Below the pieces are notes generated by a model. It was not told the origin of the DNA, did not search any database, and saw nothing but the letters and a program-made list of their open reading frames with translations. Position numbers and translations under genes: made by a program. Of a stretch of DNA of 64,000 bases, positions 56,680 to 64,000 are shown piece by piece (within the stretch, counting starts at the first letter, position 1; every line of letters begins with the position of its first letter). This DNA comes from Candidatus Oxydemutatoraceae bacterium (lineage in GTDB: Bacteria; Pseudomonadota; Gammaproteobacteria; Poriferisulfidales; Oxydemutatoraceae): positions 1,472,001 to 1,536,000 of the forward strand of contig CBDCOZ010000003.1 in assembly GCA_965220085.1 (NCBI GenBank), given 5' to 3'.

Positions 56680-57582
56680 TTACCCCCTGGGGTGATGTAT
56701 TTTATGTAATTCTTTCAAGCGCTGATTCGCTATGTGCGCATATATCTGCGTCGTTGAAAGACTGCTATGACCAAGGAGCGTTTGAACGGTCCGCAAGTCC
56801 GCTCCGTGATTCAATAAATGCGTCGCAAAAGCATGCCTTAAAGTATGCGGCGACAGAAACTTTTTCAAGCCCGCCCGCAACGCAAGTTTCTTTAGCATAT
56901 ACCAGAATGCCTGCCGTGTCATGCCGCGACCGCGCGAGGAGAGAAAGATATGCTCGGTCTTAGCGGCGGACTTTGCCAATAAAGGGCGGGATTCGGCGAG
57001 ATAACGCGCCATCCAATCGCTTGCCTGCTCGCCGATCGGCACCAATCGCTCCTTGCTGCCTTTGCCGATAACCTTGACATAACCGGCCTCCGTCACGAGT
57101 TGATCGCGTGTCAGCCCGACCAATTCCGACACCCGCAGGCCGCTGGCATAAAGCAACTCCAACATCGCTTTGTTTCTGAGCCCGGCCGCGTTCGACACAT
57201 CGGGCGCCTCGAGCAAGCGATTGACCTCCTCCTCGCTGAGCGTTGCCGGCAAGAGCCGCCCGGTCTTCGCCGCATGCCCGTCCGCGCAGGGATTCTCCGC
57301 GATCATATTCTCGCGACTCAGCCAGCGGTAAAATCTTCGCAATACAGAAAATATGCGCGCGTTTGAACGCGGCGAATAACCGCGCTGTATCCGATGCGCA
57401 ATATACGATCGGACAACCCTGCTATTGACTTGCGTCAGCCCGGGCGCGCGCTCGGCTTCCAGCCAATCGCAAAAAAACTTGAGGTCGGAGCGATACGCGC
57501 TCACCGTGTTGCGCGAAAGCCCCTCTTCGGAAATCATCGCGGTGACAAACCCCGCTATCAAGTCAGTGTCGCGCTCTCGCAT
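56680..57582 (-). CDS. xerD: Tyrosine recombinase XerD
   Basis: LYASGLRVSEL, GKGSKERLVP, TRQAFW, HTLRHAFATHLL and TTQIY motifs. Confidence 0.95.
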   Translation of the reverse strand: MRERDTDLIAGFVTAMISEEGLSRNTVSAYRSDLKFFCDWLEAERAPGLTQVNSRVVRSYIAHRIQRGYSPRSNARIFSVLRRFYRWLSRENMIAENPCADGHAAKTGRLLPATLSEEEVNRLLEAPDVSNAAGLRNKAMLELLYASGLRVSELVGLTRDQLVTEAGYVKVIGKGSKERLVPIGEQASDWMARYLAESRPLLAKSAAKTEHIFLSSRGRGMTRQAFWYMLKKLALRAGLKKFLSPHTLRHAFATHLLNHGADLRTVQTLLGHSSLSTTQIYAHIANQRLKELHKIHHPRG

Positions 57583-57702
57583 AGCCTCATTGTCTCCGCC
57601 GTTCCCGCATAAAATAAATCGTCGCCGATGCCGCTATCAAGTATAATCCCTTATTATGCGTATCCCGCCTTATGCAGACAACATCCCGCCCGCTCAAAGC
57701 AC

Positions 57703-59432
57703 ATGAAGCGGCATAAAAAAGTCGGCGTCGCCGCTACTTTGGCCGCGAGCGCAAGCGCGGCGCAAAGAATCATCCGCGCATGGCGCGCCGTCTATAAGGC
57801 TTCGCCGGAAAACCCTTGGCGCGACGGGCAACGGAAGAAGTATCTTATTTTTGACCGGCATAAGCTGGTTTTTCTCGATGTCGGCGGTTCCATGTCGACA
57901 GCGGTGCGCGCGATGCTCTTGCCTTTGCTGCCGCGCCGCGAGGACGGCGGACATCCGAATTGGCACACGAGCGATGCGTTGGGTACCGGGCAACGCGATT
58001 ACCACTGCTTTGCCTGCGTCGATAACCCGTTTGAACGGCTGGTTCGGTATTTGTACCCGTCGCAGATCGAGCCCTTTTTACTTCCGTGACGGGCTACCCG
58101 GGAGAGGTCGACAGTCACTACGCGTGCGCGCTCAAGGCCACGGTGAAATTAATCCTTTCGCTGCCCGACCATGCCCTGCCTGTCGGTCTTAGAACGCAAT
58201 ATCACTTGTTGCATGAGAATGCCCGGCGGTTGTGCCAAACGCTCTGCCACTCCGAGACTTTCGCGCGGGATATTGCCGCGATAAAACAACAGTACGGCTT
58301 GTCTTGCAACCGGCCTTTGTCCGACGAAACAGAGCGGACTGATATGCTGATCCCGCTCACAGACTACCGCTCGCTGTACACGCCCGAACTCATCGACTCG
58401 GTGGCCCGGCGTTATCGCAAAGACATCGATGCTTTCGGGTATCACAATGCGGCGGACGCGCTTCGTCAATACGCCGAGCGCAGGCATCTCAAGAGCCGCG
58501 CACCGCGGCAGACGACGCCCGCCAAGAGCCAGGACGCGCCGGCCAAGACGCCGAGCAAGGCGCAACAGAGGAGAGCCATTATTTCCTATTGTGTCGGCAA
58601 TCTGGGTTGCTTCTTGCGGGCGATGTTGTGGTTTTCTTGCGCGACCGAGCAACGGCCGCTGGGGCCAAGATATGTCGTGACCAGCGAGGAATATCCGGGT
58701 TTGTTTTATGTCGTCAATCACAAATGCGCGAGCACCAGCATACGCACTATCATGCGCGGGCATGTCGCCCACCCGGATGCGCGCGAACCCGCCCGCGCCG
58801 CTTTCTCTCGCGCGTACCGCCGCATGCGGCGCTCATTCCTCATGCGCCTGTTTGAGAAACCGCCGTCATTGAACGCCGCGATAACGCGCATGGCGCGCGA
58901 AACGCCGATGCCTCTGCGCTTTGGCTTCGTCAGAGACCCGTTTCACAGACTGGTGTCTTGCTATCGTGACAAGGCGCTCAAGTTGCGCGAAGAAGACAAG
59001 TTGTGGAACCTCCCCAAATATGAAAAGGCTCTGGTATCCGTCCCGCTATATGATCTTTTGCGCTATCAAAAGTGGCCGGACTCGTTTGCGGACTTTGTGG
59101 GTTTGGTCGCATCCACGCCCGACCACCTCGCGGATGCGCACTTCCGATCGCAATATGCGAGTTTGCATGAGAACGGCGAATTGCTGGTCGACCACATCGG
59201 CAAGGTGGAAAATTTTGCCGAAGACATGCGCCGTATCGGCGAACAATTCGGCTTGACCATGCCCGAAACCAATGCCGCCGACCGCTCGACGGGAAAGTAT
59301 GATTATCGCGACTACTACACGCCGGAACTCGTGGAGATCGCGGCGCAACGCTACCGGCAAGACATCGAGACCTTCGGCTATCAACAAGCGCTCGCCGAAC
59401 TCCGGCGTCATGTAGCCGCGCGCAACGCATAA
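57703..59432 (+). CDS. Tandem two-domain Sulfotransfer_2-family protein, split near 58080 (first domain degenerate)
   Basis: Domain 2: HKCASTSI, FVRDPFHRLVSCY, HFRSQY, Y.QDIETFGY. Domain 1: GGSMSTAV and VDNPFERLV (ORF ending 58089), then RTQY...YRKDIDAFGY (ORF 58086-59432). Confidence 0.72.
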
Positions 59433-59446
59433 CGGGGGGCGACACG

Positions 59447-59866
59447 GTGCGTATCAGGCCGGGCGATCGTTCGTTGTTGTTGCTCAAACGTTTCGGCGCC
59501 GGCGTCTATGACTGGATATTGACGGCGGCGATTCTTTTGCTGGCGTTGCTGCCGTGGACGATTGCGGGGGTCGATATCGATCATCCCTATCATCCGGCGA
59601 TGCAGGTTTATGCTTGTGCGATCGCGGCTTTTTACTTCGTGTGGTTTTGGACGCACGGCGGGCAAACGCCCGGCATGAAAGCGTGGGGGCTGCGCTTGGT
59701 CGGCGCGGATAAGGACAGCGTGGGCGTTGTCGATGCGTGGCTGCGTCTGTTTGCAATACTGCTGTCGCTCTTCGCATTGGCTTTGCTCGCGGCGGTGTTT
59801 CATCCCGACAAGCGCGCTTGGTATGACAAGCGCTCGCGGTGCCGGCCTATCGCGGCGAATGTTTGA
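59447..59866 (+). CDS. RDD-family membrane protein
   Basis: KRFGAGVYD, FWTHGGQTPGMKAW and W.D motifs; typical lptG neighbour. Confidence 0.88.
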   Translation: MRIRPGDRSLLLLKRFGAGVYDWILTAAILLLALLPWTIAGVDIDHPYHPAMQVYACAIAAFYFVWFWTHGGQTPGMKAWGLRLVGADKDSVGVVDAWLRLFAILLSLFALALLAAVFHPDKRAWYDKRSRCRPIAANV

Positions 59867-60896
59867 GCATCCACAAACCGATCAGGCCGAACACGAACGG
59901 CGGCAAAAACGCCGCGATCTGCGGCGCAAAATCCCATGCCACCGACGCGCTGCCGGCGGCGCGGCTGAGCAATACGTAAGCGATGCCGAGCAAGATGGCG
60001 ATAAATATGCGCGGCTTGGAACGGCCGTCGGACAAGGGGTTGGTCACCCACGCCAGCGCCAACAACAGCATGATCGGCACCGCCAAAATGGCGCCGAATC
60101 GGTTCCAGAACGTCAATTCATACATCTCGTCGCTGAGGAGGCTGCGGCGCAAGAAGTTGCCGTGTTGATATAGCTGCCATACATTCATGGCTTGCGGAAT
60201 CGTCGCCCGCGTCGCCGCCACATCCATGACGAGGTCGTAGCGCGGGCGGCGATATATTTCGTGCGCCGCGTTATCATTCAGCGCTATCACTGTTGCATCT
60301 TCAAGTGATATGCGATCACCCGCCAGACGGATATGCCGGGCGCGGATGATCCGTTCCAAATGACGGCTTGCGTCCACTTGGTATATTCTGGCATCGGCGC
60401 CGCCTTCGGCGGTCGGTTTGAAAAATATGTAATGATTGCCGATGCGTGTCCAATTGCCGTTTGATGTCTGATGGAAAACGTGCCGCGGGCGGTCGGAAAA
60501 TTTGATCGCATACGCCTTGTCCGCAGCCGCCGACGCGACGACTTCGCCAAACAGAAACATTCCCAGCATCAATATCACGCTAAGCCCGGCTGTAATCAGG
60601 CCGAGTTTGTAGCGCGAATAGCCGAGCGCTCCCAGAGCGAGCAACTCAAAGCGTTCCGCCAGTCCGCTCAGGCTGATGACGCTGCCGATCAAAACCGCTA
60701 TCGGAAACAACTCGTAAGCGCTTGCGACCATGCTCAGCAGCGCATAGGCGACGGCATCGGCGACGGCATAGTTGTCGCTGCCGGCGTCGTCGATCTCGCC
60801 GATGAAGTCCACCACGCTGTGCAATGCGGTCAGAGCGAGCAGCGCCACCGCGATGGCGACAAATAAGTCGCGGCTGAGGCAGCGAAAGACAATCAC
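59847..60896 (-). CDS. lptG: LPS export ABC permease LptG
   Basis: YjgP/Q topology, P.AVLIG...L....EL; GTGA overlap with the lptF stop. Confidence 0.85.
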   Translation of the reverse strand: MIVFRCLSRDLFVAIAVALLALTALHSVVDFIGEIDDAGSDNYAVADAVAYALLSMVASAYELFPIAVLIGSVISLSGLAERFELLALGALGYSRYKLGLITAGLSVILMLGMFLFGEVVASAAADKAYAIKFSDRPRHVFHQTSNGNWTRIGNHYIFFKPTAEGGADARIYQVDASRHLERIIRARHIRLAGDRISLEDATVIALNDNAAHEIYRRPRYDLVMDVAATRATIPQAMNVWQLYQHGNFLRRSLLSDEMYELTFWNRFGAILAVPIMLLLALAWVTNPLSDGRSKPRIFIAILLGIAYVLLSRAAGSASVAWDFAPQIAAFLPPFVFGLIGLWMLKHSPR

Positions 60897-61936
60897 CGTC
60901 CGAACCTCCGCCGATAACACGACCACGCAACCATGCCGAGCAATAATATGAGCGGCACCGTCCATACTCCGGGCACAGTCGGCAGGCGGCTGTCCTCGAC
61001 CAACTTTGAACTCAGCGAGATCAGGTTGACATACACCAGAAAGATGATGACGCCGAGCACCAAGCGCCGGTAATTGCTTTGCCCCGGCGGCATACGGCTG
61101 ATGCGTTCGGCAAGAAACAGCAACAGCAACAGAGACAGCGGGATGACCAGCCGTTGCTGCAACTCGGCAACCGCCCGCGGGCTTTGTTCTTGCCACAGCG
61201 AAGCCAAGTCCATCATATCCGGCTCTATGCGTATATCGACCTTGGGCTCGGGTATCCAAATTTTGTGCGCGCGGTAGGAGAAGGTCAGATAGCCTTCGTC
61301 CGCATTGTCCTGATATATCCGCCCGCCGCGCAACTCAAATGTGCTGCCGTCGCGGTCGGCGGCGACTTGACGGCCGTGGGTCGCGGTCTCCACCGTGCGA
61401 CCGTCGGCGTCCGACAAGAAGATACCGCGCACTTCATTATCATCGCGCCGCTCAACAAATATAATTCCGTCATTGGGAGTCTCTATAAACTGTCCCGGCG
61501 CAATCATGCTGATGCCGACGTGTTGCTTGCCTTGTTCTTTGAGCAGTTGGTATTGCGTATTGAGGTTAGGAATCGTTTCCGCTAACAGGTAGAAGAGCAG
61601 CAGCGCCAACGGCACGCCAAAATACATCAACACCGCATAGATGCGTCGGCGGCTGATGCGCACAGAGAATGCGGCATGAATCTCACCGTCATAATAACTC
61701 TGTCGCAGCGCCCACATCACCGCAAACATGGCGCTGAAAGGCAACAGATATACCATCGCATTCAATGCCCCGATTGATAGCAACGGAAGCAATATATCCG
61801 CCGGATAATCATTGGTAATCACGCGATCCAGCAGCCTGACAAACAAGCGACCGACGACTATCAATAACGATAACGGGATGATAGCGGCCAAACAGACTAG
61901 CAGCTTTTGCAGAAAGTAACGCTCAAAGACGGACAC
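60893..61936 (-). CDS. lptF: LPS export ABC permease LptF
   Basis: RY..., YYDGEI, PGQF and AELQQRL..P motifs; divergent from pepA. Confidence 0.85.
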   Translation of the reverse strand: MSVFERYFLQKLLVCLAAIIPLSLLIVVGRLFVRLLDRVITNDYPADILLPLLSIGALNAMVYLLPFSAMFAVMWALRQSYYDGEIHAAFSVRISRRRIYAVLMYFGVPLALLLFYLLAETIPNLNTQYQLLKEQGKQHVGISMIAPGQFIETPNDGIIFVERRDDNEVRGIFLSDADGRTVETATHGRQVAADRDGSTFELRGGRIYQDNADEGYLTFSYRAHKIWIPEPKVDIRIEPDMMDLASLWQEQSPRAVAELQQRLVIPLSLLLLLFLAERISRMPPGQSNYRRLVLGVIIFLVYVNLISLSSKLVEDSRLPTVPGVWTVPLILLLGMVAWSCYRRRFGR

Positions 61937-62006
61937 GATATAGAGATAAAATAAATAACGGGGTAAAATAGGCCATTCAAATTAACCAACATAATAGAGG
62001 CGGACT

Positions 62007-63482
62007 ATGCAATTTACGATTACTTCAAAAGCTCCCGATCAAGTCAGCAGCGCTTGTTTCATTATACCGATGTTTGAAAAGCAGCGGGATATTGCGGACA
62101 AGGTCGCGGATAAGAAAAGCCGGGAGCAACTCGACAAAATCATCGAACAATCGGGGTTTGACGGGCAACTTGAAAAACATTTGCTGGCGCATACGCCCGA
62201 ATCGCGACACAAAGCCATCATGCTGGTCGGGCTCGGCAAGAAGAGCGAATGGAATCAATCGCTCTGCGGCCGCGCCGGCAAAGCGGCGAGCGAGCATATT
62301 ATGGCGATGGACCCGCAAAACATTCTGATCGATTTCTCCGGCGTCGCATCCGAAGAGTTCTCGGAAGCCGATGCGGTGCGTCAGTTCGCGCTCGCTCTGC
62401 GACACGCGAGTTACCGTTACGACGAAACCAAGAAGGCGACCAAACCAAAATTGCAAAAATGCGCCTTGTATTCGTCGGCCGATGCCGGCGCGTTGCGACA
62501 GACCTTGCGCGAAGCCGATGCCATCGCCTATGCGAGCGATTACTGCCGCGACCTCGCCAACCTGCCGGGCAATATCTGCACTCCGTCGCACATCGTTGAG
62601 CGGGCGCGCAAGCTCGGTCGCAGTTCGCAAAAACTGAAAGTCAAAGTGCTCAAGGAAAGCGACATGGAAAAACTCGGCATGGGCGCTTTTTTGTCGGTCA
62701 GCCGCGGCAGCCGGGAACCCGGTTTTATCGTCTGCCTGGAATACAAAAACGCATCCGCGCGACAGGCGCCGATCGCGCTGGTCGGCAAAGGGATTACGTT
62801 TGACACCGGCGGCATATCCATCAAACCGAGCGCGACGATGGATGAAATGAAGTTTGACATGAGCGGCGCCGCCAGCGCGCTGGCGACGATGGCGTTCTGT
62901 GTGCGCATGAAATTAAACATCAACCTTATTGCCGTCCTCGCCTGCGCCGAGAACATGCCCGGCGGCAATGCGAGCAAACCCGGCGATGTCGTGAAAACGA
63001 TGTCCGGTCAAACCGTCGAGATATTAAACACCGATGCCGAAGGCCGTCTGGTGCTTTGCGATGCGATCACCTATGTTAGCAGCCGCTATAAGCCGGAGTG
63101 CATCGTCGATGTCGCGACACTGACCGGCGCCTGCGTGGTGGCCTTGGGGCAGGAAGCCTGCGGCTTGATGACGAACGATCAGGAGCTGGGCGATGAGCTG
63201 CTCGCCGCCGGCAAAGCGAGCGGCGACCGGGCGTGGCAGTTGCCGATGTGGGACGAATACCAGCCGCAGTTGGATAGCAACTTTGCCGATATGGCGAACA
63301 TCGGCGGACGCTTTGCCGGCACGATTACCGCCGCGTGCTTTCTGTCGCGTTTTGCCAAAGGACAACGCTGGGCGCATCTTGATATCGCCGGAACCGCTTG
63401 GCTGACCGGCAAAGCCAAAGGGTCTACCGGCCGGCCGGTGCCGCTTTTAACCCGCTTCCTGCTCGATCGCAGCGGAAAATAA
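62007..63482 (+). CDS. pepA: Leucyl aminopeptidase
   Basis: VGKGITFDTGG, MKFDM, NTDAEGRL and WAHLDIAG motifs. Confidence 0.96.
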   Translation: MQFTITSKAPDQVSSACFIIPMFEKQRDIADKVADKKSREQLDKIIEQSGFDGQLEKHLLAHTPESRHKAIMLVGLGKKSEWNQSLCGRAGKAASEHIMAMDPQNILIDFSGVASEEFSEADAVRQFALALRHASYRYDETKKATKPKLQKCALYSSADAGALRQTLREADAIAYASDYCRDLANLPGNICTPSHIVERARKLGRSSQKLKVKVLKESDMEKLGMGAFLSVSRGSREPGFIVCLEYKNASARQAPIALVGKGITFDTGGISIKPSATMDEMKFDMSGAASALATMAFCVRMKLNINLIAVLACAENMPGGNASKPGDVVKTMSGQTVEILNTDAEGRLVLCDAITYVSSRYKPECIVDVATLTGACVVALGQEACGLMTNDQELGDELLAAGKASGDRAWQLPMWDEYQPQLDSNFADMANIGGRFAGTITAACFLSRFAKGQRWAHLDIAGTAWLTGKAKGSTGRPVPLLTRFLLDRSGK

Positions 63483-63497
63483 TTACGCTTTTCCGTC

Positions 63498-64000
63498 GTG
63501 GAAAAACGCTACCGCCCCGCCGACATCGAGCAACGCCTGTATCGGGCGTGGGAAAAATCCGGCGCCTTCCGCTGCGGCCGCGAAGGCGAGCCCTATTGCA
63601 TCATGTTGCCGCCGCCCAATGTCACCGGCACCCTGCACATGGGACACGCTTTTCAGGTTTCGCTGATGGATTGTCTCATCCGCTATCACCGTATGCGCGG
63701 CAAGAATGTGCTGTGGCAACCGGGTACCGACCACGCCGGCATCGCGACACAGATGCTGATCGAACGCAAGTTGCACGCACAAAATACATCGCGCGCGGAA
63801 ATCGGACGCGAGCAATTCATTGAAGAAGTCTGGGCCTGGAAAGAACAGTCCGGCAACTCCATCTGCAAGCAATTGCGGCGGCTCGGCGCGTCTTTGGATT
63901 GGGAGCGCGAACGCTTCACGATGGATGAGGATTTGTCGGCGGCGGTGCGACACGCTTTCATCGAGCTCTACCGCGACGGCTTGATCTTTCGTGGCCAACG
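63498..64000 (+). CDS. valS: Valyl-tRNA synthetase (5' part; runs off the window)
   Basis: Manual translation [12 protein letters not shown]...[14 protein letters not shown]...[11 protein letters not shown]. Confidence 0.95.
   Translation, partial: MEKRYRPADIEQRLYRAWEKSGAFRCGREGEPYCIMLPPPNVTGTLHMGHAFQVSLMDCLIRYHRMRGKNVLWQPGTDHAGIATQMLIERKLHAQNTSRAEIGREQFIEEVWAWKEQSGNSICKQLRRLGASLDWERERFTMDEDLSAAVRHAFIELYRDGLIFRGQ

Noticed and set aside
56680-57582. XerD as the integrase for the cassette array
   Set aside because: It is a typical housekeeping xerD in the usual xerD-dsbC context, with no integron-integrase insertion and no dif-like sites recognised at the cassettes.
60897-61259. Long N-terminal extension of LptG (similar extensions on greA, efp, epmB and dapE)
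   Set aside because: These overlap neighbouring genes; downstream starts give family-typical lengths.

Overview
GC-rich gammaproteobacterial-type chromosome segment; the eukaryote-like and adhesin-like proteins suggest a host-associated lifestyle (inference). The core backbone is greA-carB-carA, tRNA-Ile/tRNA-Ala without rRNA, map-dapD-dapE, a 3'-5' exonuclease, cysM, epmA-efp-epmB, htpX, parC-HAD-parE, addA, dsbC-xerD, a sulfotransferase, RDD, lptG-lptF, pepA and the start of valS. Accessory content: (i) a giant minus-strand ORF missed by the ORF track (>5,350 aa, running off the left edge) made of at least 12 tandem ~470-aa GLUG/FN3-like units; (ii) five secreted proteins with different bodies (Cys-rich, or cadherin/Ig-like modules) that all end in LRLR(I/L)FLEGPLR*, plus two orphan remnants of that tail. 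Three of the five have a poly-G tract in the signal-peptide coding region, two of them out of frame as read. Two share a promoter and a GGA-rich leader. A ~200-bp GC-rich repeat separates the genes. A decaying DpnII-like R-M cassette is flanked by a duplication of the tail, and IS481-like relics with an AT-rich MITE-like repeat are interleaved. This 'LEGPLR-tail' cassette family is the best candidate for an undescribed surface-display or diversification system.
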